Source: Candidatus Omnitrophota bacterium (GTDB lineage: Bacteria; Omnitrophota; Gorgyraeia; Duberdicusellales; 4484-171). From it: DNA of 64,000 nucleotides. The position numbers and the translations under genes are program-made. The notes under the pieces are model-generated. The model worked only from the letters and a program-made list of their open reading frames with translations, made no database searches and was not told where the DNA came from. Shown piece by piece: positions 1 through 10,208 of this stretch (the stretch's first letter is position 1; every line of letters starts with the position of its first letter). The stretch covers positions 66,324 through 130,323 of the forward strand of contig JAAEQW010000120.1 of the NCBI GenBank assembly GCA_024231025.1, read 5' to 3'.

Positions 1-402
1 GGTATATTTTTTTTTGCAAGCATAAAGCTCTATATGATTATCTCTATCGCATATACTCTGAAGAATCTCAAGTATCTTCGCAATATAATTAAACATGACC
101 TCCGTATAGCGCTGTAATTCAGTCAGATAAGCATTCTTAACGCCATTGGTATCCGTAAAATTAAAATGCTCTCCGATATACTCGTACATCTCATTAAGCT
201 TAAGAAGTATCCGCTTATAAGAATCGTTTCCAAAATAATTTAACACATTTCTAAAATCTACTTTCAACTTCTTCAAATGCGCCTGGAGCTTACCGCTTAC
301 AGCAACAATACAAAAATCACCGATCTCCAGCCGCCTCTCTTTAATGAAGGATTGGAACTCTTCAAATTCTTCAATGAATACCATAAGAACAATCTTTCTC
401 AT
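1..402 (-). CDS. Partial CDS (runs off the left edge), polysaccharide-locus protein of unknown function
   Basis: ATG at 402 directly follows the stop of 403..1302. The frame reads MRKIVLMVFIEEFEEF...ACKKKYT with no stop to position 1. Not in the ORF track. Confidence 0.75.
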   Translation of the reverse strand, partial: MRKIVLMVFIEEFEEFQSFIKERRLEIGDFCIVAVSGKLQAHLKKLKVDFRNVLNYFGNDSYKRILLKLNEMYEYIGEHFNFTDTNGVKNAYLTELQRYTEVMFNYIAKILEILQSICDRDNHIELYACKKKYT

Positions 403-1302
403 CTACACCCTCGCGATTGCAATAAGCGCATCGCTTTTCCCTTCAGATTCAACTTGCTGTTTATAAAAATTTTCAGTTTTTTTGTACTCCCCATCAACTT
501 CGAACACCGGACAATCTATCTGTGGCTTACCGACTATAAGCCAATTGCATAAGTTTAGTAATCCGTACCTTTGCTGGTATTTGATCTGAACATTGTCATA
601 TTCCGCCTTCTTAAAGCAGGCTAATAATGTTTTTTCATTAAAGTAGTTAAGATGTGCCCTTATCCAATAAAAATCATTATAAGATTTACACGTATCTAAA
701 AGTAGTTCGTTTTCATTAGGAACTTCGCAAATAAAAACTCCGTTAGGATTCATAAATTTTTTAATCGTCCTTAAAAACATAATCGGCTCAGCCATGTGCT
801 CTAAAACATGGAATAAGGTAATAACGTTAAACTTTCCGATATCTTTGCTGGGATTATCCAAGTCAAAATCTATCACCATCGCTGGACTATATTTACAGGC
901 TATTTCTCTTCGTTGGATACTAGGCTCTATGCCCAAAATGTTTTTATATCCTTGGTTATGTAATTCAGTCACAAAAAACCCATAACCGGTGCCAATATCT
1001 AATATTTTACAATTAGCATCCGGGCAAAGCTGCTTGATAAGCTCAACGTGTCTTGTGGTATCAAAAAAATTATTAGCCACTAACTTATTGTAATCAATGT
1101 CCTTTCCTCTGCTCTTATCCTGTAGATTTTTGTCATAGAATTCCTTATCTTCCTGAGCAGTTGGCTTCGGCACAAGTTGCACGTGGCTGCATTCTTTACA
1201 CTTATAAACCTTATATTTCACGCGATCATCCCGTAATTTATCTTTTATAAGCTCAAACTCATTAAAACTGCATATGTTGCAACAGTTATTATCAATTTTC
1301 AT
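403..1302 (-). CDS. Class I SAM-dependent methyltransferase with N-terminal Cys (Zn) motifs
   Basis: CNIC...CKEC; ILDIGTGYG motif I; FHVLEH; EVPN, as in polysaccharide-locus methyltransferases. Confidence 0.85.
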   Translation of the reverse strand: MKIDNNCCNICSFNEFELIKDKLRDDRVKYKVYKCKECSHVQLVPKPTAQEDKEFYDKNLQDKSRGKDIDYNKLVANNFFDTTRHVELIKQLCPDANCKILDIGTGYGFFVTELHNQGYKNILGIEPSIQRREIACKYSPAMVIDFDLDNPSKDIGKFNVITLFHVLEHMAEPIMFLRTIKKFMNPNGVFICEVPNENELLLDTCKSYNDFYWIRAHLNYFNEKTLLACFKKAEYDNVQIKYQQRYGLLNLCNWLIVGKPQIDCPVFEVDGEYKKTENFYKQQVESEGKSDALIAIARV

Positions 1303-2777
1303 GCTGCTTTTCCTTTTGGTAAAAAACTAAACAATACGCCTTTCACCTTCATTATCGACTGCTTATTCATTACTCCTGATTTAATCCCTACGTAAAAGAA
1401 ACTGACGATAAAACCCATTTTTACCAAATAAAAACCTATGCTATTGAACCTTATGTGCTTCAAATATAAAACAGAGATTGTCGATAAAATTATAACTACA
1501 TATAATGCGATTATGGACTTCCACTCATACCTAATTCTATACACTCTCTGCCCAACCAAGGCTAGTAATACATTAACAAAAAAATAAAATATAACGGAAG
1601 CAATAACTGCTCCCAACAATCCAATTCTAGGAATTAAAATTATATTTGCTACCACATTTACCAATGTGCCCACAATAGTAATGGGGAATATCCAATAGGC
1701 TTTCTTGCTATAGGCATATTGAACGCCACAATACATCCCAAAAATTTGCATAGATACAGCCGCCGACAAAACAATTATTATATCAATGGCAGCATGGTAA
1801 GATACCGGGGCCAATAGATAAACTATTTCCTGAGCAAAAAGAATAACGAAAAGCACAGGAGCTAACGAAATGTAAGCAAACTTAGTAAACAAGCTGCCCA
1901 CATATTCACAAGCCTGATTTCCTTTTTTAAAAACTTCACTATAGTAAACCGGCTGAAAGGCAGCCCACACCTTGCTCATTAAAAAAAAGATTCCGTTGCT
2001 AACAATTTGACCAATATTATATATTCCCACTATCGAAAGAGAGAGCATATTATTTAACATATACTTATCAAAAAACTTGGTAACAAAACCGGTAAATGCC
2101 TTAGGTACTACCTGTAAACCATATTTCATATTGTCCCAAAGAATTTTTGCACTGAAGGAGCATTTCAGCTTTCGATTAAAATGCACCATCATTGCCAAGC
2201 AAACTATCCCCGAGCCCAGTAATGATCCATACAGTACACCCATATATGACATTTTAAAACACCAAACCAAAATTAACCCGCCAACAGCAATTATAAAAGA
2301 CTGCATCACTGTAAATATAGAATGCGTAGTGGCTTTTTCCATATTCTGATATAGATTAAAATAAAAATTATTAATTTTGCCTAAATACCCCGCAATAAAA
2401 GTTACAAAAATAGCAAATCCAAAACTACTTTCGCCTAATGTTAAATTAGAGATCACATCTTTTGAAAAATACACCCCAATCGATGATATTACCATGGTTG
2501 CATATAAAAAAATCTGTAACGAAAAAACAAAGGCAGCAAATTTTTCATTGTCATTCTTATACTCAAAATAATACCTTTGTGCAGCTGCCGGCAACGCACA
2601 ACTCAAAACACTGACGGCCATCGATGGAAATAACCACATAAGAGCTATAACACCAAACTCACGAGGAGAAAGCAGCCTTGTCAAAATCGGCAAGACAATT
2701 AAATGAACGCCATACGTAAAAAATTTTGGCATAACGTAAATAAAAATATTTTTTATATGCCGATCAGTTAACGCCAC
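1299..2777 (-). CDS. wzx: Wzx-like oligosaccharide flippase
   Basis: Multi-TM protein; LPILTRLLSPREFG, DKYML...VGIYN, LIPRIGLLGAVIAS motifs. Confidence 0.85.
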   Translation of the reverse strand: MALTDRHIKNIFIYVMPKFFTYGVHLIVLPILTRLLSPREFGVIALMWLFPSMAVSVLSCALPAAAQRYYFEYKNDNEKFAAFVFSLQIFLYATMVISSIGVYFSKDVISNLTLGESSFGFAIFVTFIAGYLGKINNFYFNLYQNMEKATTHSIFTVMQSFIIAVGGLILVWCFKMSYMGVLYGSLLGSGIVCLAMMVHFNRKLKCSFSAKILWDNMKYGLQVVPKAFTGFVTKFFDKYMLNNMLSLSIVGIYNIGQIVSNGIFFLMSKVWAAFQPVYYSEVFKKGNQACEYVGSLFTKFAYISLAPVLFVILFAQEIVYLLAPVSYHAAIDIIIVLSAAVSMQIFGMYCGVQYAYSKKAYWIFPITIVGTLVNVVANIILIPRIGLLGAVIASVIFYFFVNVLLALVGQRVYRIRYEWKSIIALYVVIILSTISVLYLKHIRFNSIGFYLVKMGFIVSFFYVGIKSGVMNKQSIMKVKGVLFSFLPKGKAA

Positions 2778-4797
2778 TTATTACCTTCTCTTTGCCCCAC
2801 GCATCTACATATCTGCTATTTGCATAATCCATAACTTGTTTGCGTGTTTTGCCCTTGCTAAAACCATTTAAAAGCCAGCTTATATATTGCCCCATTCTTT
2901 CTGCCGACCTGCCATCGCAGAATGGATCTTTCTCCTTAAGCCCCGGAACCAAGGAACCGTTGCCAAGATCATCGTTAACTTTAGGATTCAAACGATAATC
3001 CTTAATCGCCATAATCAACTTATCCAAATCATTAAAAACCAGAAGGTCTTTTTTGCAATATTCGGGATATGAGTGAAGACCTTCCAAGTCAAGGTAAATC
3101 ACACGCACACCAGATAAGAAATTCTCTAAAGAGGTAGTACCCCCAATTAATAATGAAATTGCAAAATCGGCAGCTTGCCCAATTTCCGTAGGATAATTCT
3201 CTGCCATGTACTCGCCGCCCATGAACACGCATCTTCCGGTGTCTTTTGCCTGCTGCATAAGTCCTGAGATCTCTGACAATCTTGTCTGCAAGGTTCGGGG
3301 ACGTTTTGGGCTACAAATTAAACCAATGGTCTTATCGTTCAGCACCCAGTTTAAAAGATACTTATATATCAACCTGCTCCTGCCATTAGGAATAATGCTC
3401 ATACGACGATCAGATGAATTTTCATCAAAATAACAAACAATAAACTCTGCACCATTATCTAGCAATTTTTTACGTAACTTAGCAGACTTTTCTTTAACTT
3501 GAGAAAATGAATAGTCCGTTAGGAACCCGGAAACAATAACCGCCTCATTGCAAGTTCCGCTAGCAAGAAGCTTCGAATGGTAGTAAGGGCCAAAAACAAA
3601 ATACGCATCAGCAGATGAACCTAAAATAACATTGGAAATTGGCCAATTGGACAATTGGTGACTTACGCTTACTCCTCCGGCGTTAGCCAAAGCAAGACGA
3701 CGAGCAATGCGGTAAGGATCAAAATCAACAAAATCAACATCAACCTTAATCCCATTGATCATATAAAAATCATATGCCTGTGCAAAAGAACGAATAAAAT
3801 GCATTATCGCCGGAAAAAATATTATCGAGATAAATCTTCGACGCAACATCTCTCTAGCCACTAACGATAACGCCTTAAAGGTAAGACCTATAATCATTTT
3901 CGCAACTCTAGGTGTAGGTTGATAAACTGCAACATTTTTGGAAGTCGTTGCCTTATCGGAAACAGCCATACAATTTACCCCTTGTTCCTTTAGCATAGTG
4001 GCCATATCTTCTGTAAGTGGCATATCTTTTCGATCAAAATAAATTAGTGCCTGCTTACGTTCAATGTCCGACAGTAAAAGCCACGGAAAATCATTACGCG
4101 CAGTAAGATTAAAATTTAACCCCCTTAAAGTATATAAAGATGATACTAGTGGTTCTTTGTTCGGCGCATCTCTTTTCTTGGTAAGATTTACAATTGATTT
4201 TAAGCAAGTAACGCTAGAAACATGTACATTGCCTACAAAAAAATAGCAGTATCCCAATATTTTCCTAAATGAAATATGCGAAACTACAGTTAAGTTGCAT
4301 TCTTTTATCGCGAATTCTTTTAAGCTATTAAAAAATAATGTCTTCTCTATGGCAAATTCAACAACTTTTGCACTAGCTTTTTGTGAATTTTTGCAATACC
4401 AAGAAATAACATTCATGAAAACTACAACATCTTTCATCTCTTTGCCAGCAAGTTTTCTAAAAAATATTTTGATTTTTTCTGAACTGTTTGGTTTAAAGAT
4501 TTTGGCAAAAGAATCAACAAAAGTATTCACATCTAGGATATTTTTTTGTATATCATCGCAAACACCGATCAAATCTTTACCAAATATTTTTGGAAAATAA
4601 CTTTCACCTAAATCATTTTTGATTTCAGAAAGACGGAAGTCGAATAGGCTGACTTGCTTGTTTAGCCCAAGCGAAATAAGCAAAAACTTTGCCAATCTAG
4701 AGATGTTAAAGTAATACATTTTCTCATACTGCTTGAAACAAAAAAATGCCCTTATCGCATCTGCCGCATTGAAGTAATCATAAAAAATTATTTTCAT
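2764..4797 (-). CDS. Polysaccharide biosynthesis protein, candidate nonulosonic-acid transferase
   Basis: 677-aa soluble protein with a GT-B-like C-terminal part (FVFG, FDEN, DPFCDGRSAERMG), next to wzx and the Pse genes; function inferred. Confidence 0.5.
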   Translation of the reverse strand: MKIIFYDYFNAADAIRAFFCFKQYEKMYYFNISRLAKFLLISLGLNKQVSLFDFRLSEIKNDLGESYFPKIFGKDLIGVCDDIQKNILDVNTFVDSFAKIFKPNSSEKIKIFFRKLAGKEMKDVVVFMNVISWYCKNSQKASAKVVEFAIEKTLFFNSLKEFAIKECNLTVVSHISFRKILGYCYFFVGNVHVSSVTCLKSIVNLTKKRDAPNKEPLVSSLYTLRGLNFNLTARNDFPWLLLSDIERKQALIYFDRKDMPLTEDMATMLKEQGVNCMAVSDKATTSKNVAVYQPTPRVAKMIIGLTFKALSLVAREMLRRRFISIIFFPAIMHFIRSFAQAYDFYMINGIKVDVDFVDFDPYRIARRLALANAGGVSVSHQLSNWPISNVILGSSADAYFVFGPYYHSKLLASGTCNEAVIVSGFLTDYSFSQVKEKSAKLRKKLLDNGAEFIVCYFDENSSDRRMSIIPNGRSRLIYKYLLNWVLNDKTIGLICSPKRPRTLQTRLSEISGLMQQAKDTGRCVFMGGEYMAENYPTEIGQAADFAISLLIGGTTSLENFLSGVRVIYLDLEGLHSYPEYCKKDLLVFNDLDKLIMAIKDYRLNPKVNDDLGNGSLVPGLKEKDPFCDGRSAERMGQYISWLLNGFSKGKTRKQVMDYANSRYVDAWGKEKVISGVN

Positions 4798-5573
4798 TTT
4801 TGTGACTTATTTTTTACAAAAAGGCGAATTGTATTATTCTTATATATATGCTCTTCTTTAAAAGGTATCGGTAGCGAAGAGCATGCTTCGGTAAAGATTT
4901 TACTCACAATCATCTTTAACCCCTGCCTTTCAAACATCTTCTTAAAATTACGAGGATATGCAGTACAGGTGCCCTCGCTTTCTAAGATAAGAACAAATTT
5001 GTTACTAACCCTGGCCATCTCCTTAAAAATATGATTGGCTTTAGGCGGTATACTTACCAACACCGAATGACAAAAAACTAAATCGAAGCCACCTGTAGGA
5101 AATTTCTTAATTTCTTCGGCAGCATCTCCCGTAATGATTTTAGTGGCATGATGCATTTCAGGAAAGCTTGCTTCCATAAGCTTCACCGCCTCGCTACCAA
5201 TTTCAATGCCGGTTAAATTTTTATAGCCTTGTTTGTGCAAGTAATTTAAAGACCTCCCGACATTACAGCCAATCTCAAGAATAGCACCCTCTTTAGATAG
5301 ATACGGAAGCACTTCCTTAAAAAGTTCCTCGGTGGATTTGTCCTCATCCAAATATGTTTTTGGATCAACCAACGAATCTTGCGTTCCCTGTTTCAACCAT
5401 CTGCCGCGCATAGAAGCCGACGACGTTGAAAGCAGCGGAGAAATTCCATGATCAACAAAAAAAGTTGAGACCTTAAGATAAGCGTATCTTGCTCGTTTGT
5501 TGTTAAGTACTAAAGAGGAGACTCTCTTGAAAACTGGAAAAACTATCTTTTTTATTTCGTGTTTTACTCTCAT
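4794..5573 (-). CDS. Class I SAM-dependent methyltransferase
   Basis: ILEIGCNVGRSL and FDLVF motifs; resembles Pse-associated methyltransferases. Confidence 0.8.
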   Translation of the reverse strand: MRVKHEIKKIVFPVFKRVSSLVLNNKRARYAYLKVSTFFVDHGISPLLSTSSASMRGRWLKQGTQDSLVDPKTYLDEDKSTEELFKEVLPYLSKEGAILEIGCNVGRSLNYLHKQGYKNLTGIEIGSEAVKLMEASFPEMHHATKIITGDAAEEIKKFPTGGFDLVFCHSVLVSIPPKANHIFKEMARVSNKFVLILESEGTCTAYPRNFKKMFERQGLKMIVSKIFTEACSSLPIPFKEEHIYKNNTIRLFVKNKSQK

Positions 5574-6157
5574 TAGTTTTTCTCCTCTGTGAATTCATTC
5601 TTAAGAAGGCCCATCCTATAACAATCTAAGTATTCGTCATTTAAATAAAAACTCTGCCTCAATGTTCCCTCAAGCTGAAAACCCGCCTTTTCAAAAGCCT
5701 TGCGAGAACCCTCATTGCCAGCAATAACACCGGCGCAAAGCTTATGAAGATTAAGCCTGTTAAAAGCGTGCGCAGCTATTAATCTTATTGCTTTAGTGGC
5801 GTAACCTTTACCCCATTGCTCCTTGTCTCCGACAATAATTCCAATCTCACCATTTCTATTTCTCCAATCTATTTGCTGCAAAGTAATATTGCCGATATGC
5901 TTATCGCAAGATTTATGAAATATTCCGGTTAAAATGCCATTCTGATTTTTTGAGAAATCATCTACATATTTTTTTAATGCCATCTCGGTTACAGGAAATC
6001 TTCCACTACCCATATAAGTAGTATTTTCTTGATCATTAAGCCAAGATTCATACTCGCTAAAATCGCCTTCCTGTGTCAGGGTACGCAAATAAATTGTATC
6101 ACTATCAATAAAAACTGACACCGCTTTTTTCTCGCTGAATATTTTGTCTTGTTCCAT
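5573..6157 (-). CDS. GNAT (RimJ/RimL) N-acetyltransferase, PseH-like
   Basis: EIGIIVGDKEQWGKGYA, N..S..AFEKAGF motifs; adjacent to pseI. Confidence 0.8.
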   Translation of the reverse strand: MEQDKIFSEKKAVSVFIDSDTIYLRTLTQEGDFSEYESWLNDQENTTYMGSGRFPVTEMALKKYVDDFSKNQNGILTGIFHKSCDKHIGNITLQQIDWRNRNGEIGIIVGDKEQWGKGYATKAIRLIAAHAFNRLNLHKLCAGVIAGNEGSRKAFEKAGFQLEGTLRQSFYLNDEYLDCYRMGLLKNEFTEEKN

Positions 6158-6185
6158 ATAAACCTTCTTTCTTAAATAGTACTTA

Positions 6186-7247
6186 CTACGCTATCGAGCC
6201 CCAATTTAAAGGGGTTCCCTTTTTAATACCCCTTTTGGCCGCTTTTCCCAGAACTTTTTTTAGATTACTCGGAGCCAAGCCCATACCGGGCCGTATCGAC
6301 CTTATATTTTCCTTGGTAAACAGTTGGCCTTTTGTTATATCCTCTACTGCAAACAATGAGCGCCTAAAAACGCGATTGTTTTTTTCTTCGTCGGTTAAAC
6401 CATAGCTTATTTTCCCTAAAGCAACTTCAACTGTGCGTACATCTCTTACGAGAGTCTTTAGCTCTTCTGGTTCAATTGAAAAAAAACTATCGGAAGTTTT
6501 CATTTTTCTAGATAAAGTAAAATGTTTTTCTATTGCCACTGCCCCCACTGCAACCCCAGCAACTGACACTGCAGCACCCATGGTATGATCAGAAAGACCA
6601 ATCGGACAATTAAACTTCTTTTTCATATCATTTATTGTGTTTAAGTTCATGTTTTTGGGATTTGCCGGATAACTGCTTACGCATTTGAGCAAAATTATAT
6701 CCTTTGCTCCCGCCTTTCTAGCCACCGCCACTGCTTCTTTAATCTCCGAAAAACTAGCCATGCCAGTTGAAAGCATTAGTGGCTTTTTTGTTTTTGCCAT
6801 ATATTCAATCAGTGCTAAATCAACCAATTCAAATGATGCCAATTTATGCATCGGTACATTTATGCTTTCCAGTAAATCAACACTAGTTTTATCTGTTGCC
6901 GCAGAAAAAAATATAATTCCCAAATCATCAGCAACTTTTTTTAATTTTTTAAACCAATTCCAAGGAGCATACGATTTATCGTAAAGCTGGTAAAGAGTTT
7001 GCCCTCCCCACTTGGGGTGTTTTATTCTAAAATATCTATTATCAACATTAATCGTATGTGTATCAGCAGTATATGTTTGAAACTTTACAGCATCAGCCCC
7101 TGCTTTTTTAGCTTTTTTTATTAAATTTACAGCCCTGTTAAAGCTACGCCCATGATTAGCAGAAATTTCTGCAATCACAAAAACAGGGTTGCAGTCTCCA
7201 ATTGCTATATTGCTGGATTTTAATTTTATGCTATTCTTACAAGCCAT
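6186..7247 (-). CDS. pseI: Pseudaminic acid synthase (NeuB family)
   Basis: IAEISANH, GADAVKFQTY, GLSDHT, IEKHFTL, C-terminal SAF domain (RRSLF...IRPG). Confidence 0.9.
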   Translation of the reverse strand: MACKNSIKLKSSNIAIGDCNPVFVIAEISANHGRSFNRAVNLIKKAKKAGADAVKFQTYTADTHTINVDNRYFRIKHPKWGGQTLYQLYDKSYAPWNWFKKLKKVADDLGIIFFSAATDKTSVDLLESINVPMHKLASFELVDLALIEYMAKTKKPLMLSTGMASFSEIKEAVAVARKAGAKDIILLKCVSSYPANPKNMNLNTINDMKKKFNCPIGLSDHTMGAAVSVAGVAVGAVAIEKHFTLSRKMKTSDSFFSIEPEELKTLVRDVRTVEVALGKISYGLTDEEKNNRVFRRSLFAVEDITKGQLFTKENIRSIRPGMGLAPSNLKKVLGKAAKRGIKKGTPLNWGSIA

Positions 7248-7248
7248 A

Positions 7249-7893
7249 TTAGTCCTTTCGATAAATCTTCAAAATATACTTATGCCCCTTGTGAACAAAA
7301 AACGCAGGGAAATCATCATTGTTAACTATACGCAATAAATTAAATTGTTTAGCCAATGTCGAATTTGGCGACATTTGACTGCTTTCTGAATCTCTGCGCT
7401 TATAATATGTGCTCTTGCCTTTTTGCTTAAGCGCTTTTAATCTTTTTCTCTTTCGTAAAAATTTCATACAAAGCTTTATCGTCGTTTCAGCTTGAATTTG
7501 CCTTACTTCACCATGAAGCTCATACCCCTTTAATAAGATATAGTCTTTCAAGTATACATCACCAGAATCCAAGGCGTCGGTGGCCTCAAACAAAACAATC
7601 GGTACTTTGTTTTTTCCTTCTAGTATTTGCCAAAACAACGGCGACCAACCCTTTCCTTGGGGTAAGGCGCTCTCATGCACAACCAGTACATGTTTATGTT
7701 TTTTAATAAAGCTTTTGCTTAAAACCTTAAAATAACTGAGCACAAACACAATTTCATAACTGTCAGATATTTGTTTAGGACTTGTAAAAAGTCTTGCGGA
7801 CACCTTTTTTTTAGCCAAGATATTGACCATTTTTTTTGCATAAGCCAAAAACCAACTGTCTTTTGACGTTAATATCGCAACTTTGCTTTTCAT
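7249..7893 (-). CDS. Sugar N-formyltransferase-like protein
   Basis: VVHESALPQGKGWSP and LDSGD resemble the HxSLLPxxxG / DxG formyltransferase motifs. Confidence 0.7.
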   Translation of the reverse strand: MKSKVAILTSKDSWFLAYAKKMVNILAKKKVSARLFTSPKQISDSYEIVFVLSYFKVLSKSFIKKHKHVLVVHESALPQGKGWSPLFWQILEGKNKVPIVLFEATDALDSGDVYLKDYILLKGYELHGEVRQIQAETTIKLCMKFLRKRKRLKALKQKGKSTYYKRRDSESSQMSPNSTLAKQFNLLRIVNNDDFPAFFVHKGHKYILKIYRKD

Positions 7894-8630
7894 CTCACCA
7901 CCCTGATCGTCTTAAAAACCTCCGCGCAACCAATACCCGCCTTAACGCCCCAATCTTGCGCTCTTAATTTTATGGCGCTAATTGAACGCGGATGACTGTC
8001 ATCTCTTAGCTCATCTTTATACTCACCCATAGCTTCCAACTTGACATTGATTGTTTTTGATATATCAAGAAACACGTCTGGAGAAAAACTATAAGGATAG
8101 CGCCACTCCGTAGAAGAAGGCACTTCAAAAGAATATATCTCCTTTACAGGTTCGTTAGCCAAGGGTCGCGTGGCCGTTAATACCGCCTTAAATGTTAACT
8201 GGTGATCTATATTCAAATCACCTTCATAATGAGTAAATATTACACTTGATTTTGTGTCATTCTTTATTTTTTCAATTGCCTTAACTATGTCGATAAATGC
8301 TATCGTGTCAAAACGATTATCGGGAAAGTCGCAAAAGAAAACCTCTTTTACTCCCATAATTTTGTTAGCTCTTCTAGAATGATCTTTAAGCCTTTCTATA
8401 TCCTTTGCTCTTTTCTCTGCATCTCTAGCATTATCTCGAGAAGTAACACCCTCTCCTAATATAAGCACATAGGCCTCGCTGCCATCCTGAACCAAGCGAG
8501 AAATCGCAGCTCCACAACCTAGAACTTCATCATCGGGATGAGCAGCCACAACTAAAATTTTTTCTTTTGCTAACACTTTTTTCTCCTTTTTTTTAGGATC
8601 TCGAAGATAAACATTTTTCAACATTGCCAT
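7890..8630 (-). CDS. PIG-L/LmbE family N-deacetylase
   Basis: AAHPDDEVLG and DLNIDH motifs; true start may lie slightly downstream. Confidence 0.88.
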   Translation of the reverse strand: MAMLKNVYLRDPKKKEKKVLAKEKILVVAAHPDDEVLGCGAAISRLVQDGSEAYVLILGEGVTSRDNARDAEKRAKDIERLKDHSRRANKIMGVKEVFFCDFPDNRFDTIAFIDIVKAIEKIKNDTKSSVIFTHYEGDLNIDHQLTFKAVLTATRPLANEPVKEIYSFEVPSSTEWRYPYSFSPDVFLDISKTINVKLEAMGEYKDELRDDSHPRSISAIKLRAQDWGVKAGIGCAEVFKTIRVVR

Positions 8631-9312
8631 TGTGACTTATAAATTCGTCTTTGGTAACGTTATACGCGGTTAATACGCCCAATTCTAAATCCTTATACAC
8701 TGCACCGGTATCAATCCCAATCTTATAATCATCCACGTATGGCCTACTCTTGGCCGTATGCCCAAAGATTACTCTTCTTCCTTGGTACAGAATCTGAGAA
8801 TTTATAAACTCGTCACGTATAAAAACCATTCTTTCTTTATTGTGTTCTTTTAGTGGTTTATCTTTGTTCGTCGGCTCTATGCCAGCATGGACACATAAAA
8901 AGTCATCGCCCAGTTTGTGATACAGCGCAAGATTTGAACAAAACAGCAAAAAATCCTTTAGCTTTGCTGTAACTCCTTTTTTATCAACAAGAATCTGACG
9001 AGCCTCTTGCACGTCTAGCTTCTTGCCAATATAGCTTTCCAGCGTGGCAATACCTCCATAATTTATCAAAAAATCTAAAAATCTTTCTTCCCCTAAAAGA
9101 TATTGCATCCAAGCATGCTCATGATCGCCCATAAGAAAAATACATTTCTTTTCATCAGATAACCCTTGCAGGCGCTCGATAACCTCTTTTACCTTTGCAC
9201 CCTTATCTGAATAGTCACCTAAAAATATAATCTTACGGGCATCGCTAATATGTCCCAACAGGCTGTTAAGCTTATCGTATTCACCATGAATGTCAGTAAT
9301 AATATATGTCAT
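8593..9312 (-). CDS. Metallophosphoesterase (PrpA/PPP-like phosphatase)
   Basis: DIHG, GDYSDKG, GDHE, HAG, FGHT, IDTGA; ATG at 9312 overlaps the upstream TGA. Confidence 0.85.
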   Translation of the reverse strand: MTYIITDIHGEYDKLNSLLGHISDARKIIFLGDYSDKGAKVKEVIERLQGLSDEKKCIFLMGDHEHAWMQYLLGEERFLDFLINYGGIATLESYIGKKLDVQEARQILVDKKGVTAKLKDFLLFCSNLALYHKLGDDFLCVHAGIEPTNKDKPLKEHNKERMVFIRDEFINSQILYQGRRVIFGHTAKSRPYVDDYKIGIDTGAVYKDLELGVLTAYNVTKDEFISHNGNVEKCLSSRS

Positions 9313-10208
9313 CGCTTTGCCCACTGCAGATTATCACCTAAAAACATCTTTAATCCACCATCAAAATTATAGTCAAATGATCCTGTAATATTCTTCAACT
9401 TAGAGTTATCCAGATAAAATTTTACATAATCCTTTGGTTCCTTTATCTCTATTTTAGAAGATGATCCCAATACAGCCTTTATTTTAGATGCAGTCATAAC
9501 AAAATCTGTCTCCTGACCATAAGAGCAGTTAATTATCTCTAGATTACTACTCCAGTCATAGGCTGTCGCAATCTTTTTCGTAAGTTGCGAAGCATCACCA
9601 ACGTAAATGGTTTCCCAAAACTTTAACCCAGTAGAATCAACAAGAACTAGCTCATTATTGATTAGTTTTTTTGCTACATTATATATATACCCCGCACGAC
9701 GAGGATAGCCATACAACCCCGGATACCTTAGAATTAACGCCTTTATTAAGCCCTTATTGGCATACGCAGCAATAGCATCTTCACCCCATTTTTTAGACAA
9801 TCCGTAAAAATGAATTGGATCAAGCCTTGCATTCTCCTTCACAGGACTAGCATTATCTGCAGCATAAACTGTCATTGATGAACAAAAAATTAATTTACCT
9901 ATATTTTTGTTAACCATAGTTTCCATCAAGTTTATTGTTGCCTGCAAATTAACATCCACCATGCCATTCGGGCATCGTCCATCATTTTGTATTTTTATAA
10001 CTGCTGCACAATGTATCACCAAATCTATTTCTGCAGATAACGCCCCCTCCAAAGAAGCAGCATCTCGAATATCACATTGTTTAAAATCAACTCCACTCAC
10101 AGGATTAGGACTATGGATGTCTATTACCGTGACATGATTTTCAGCAGAAAAATTCCTTGCCAAATAAGATCCTAAAAACCCCGCCCCTCCTGTTATGGCT
10201 ATATTCAC
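9309..10208 (-). CDS. NAD-dependent epimerase/dehydratase
   Basis: TGGAGFLG and YGLSK (YxxxK) motifs. Confidence 0.85.
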   Translation of the reverse strand: MNIAITGGAGFLGSYLARNFSAENHVTVIDIHSPNPVSGVDFKQCDIRDAASLEGALSAEIDLVIHCAAVIKIQNDGRCPNGMVDVNLQATINLMETMVNKNIGKLIFCSSMTVYAADNASPVKENARLDPIHFYGLSKKWGEDAIAAYANKGLIKALILRYPGLYGYPRRAGYIYNVAKKLINNELVLVDSTGLKFWETIYVGDASQLTKKIATAYDWSSNLEIINCSYGQETDFVMTASKIKAVLGSSSKIEIKEPKDYVKFYLDNSKLKNITGSFDYNFDGGLKMFLGDNLQWAKR

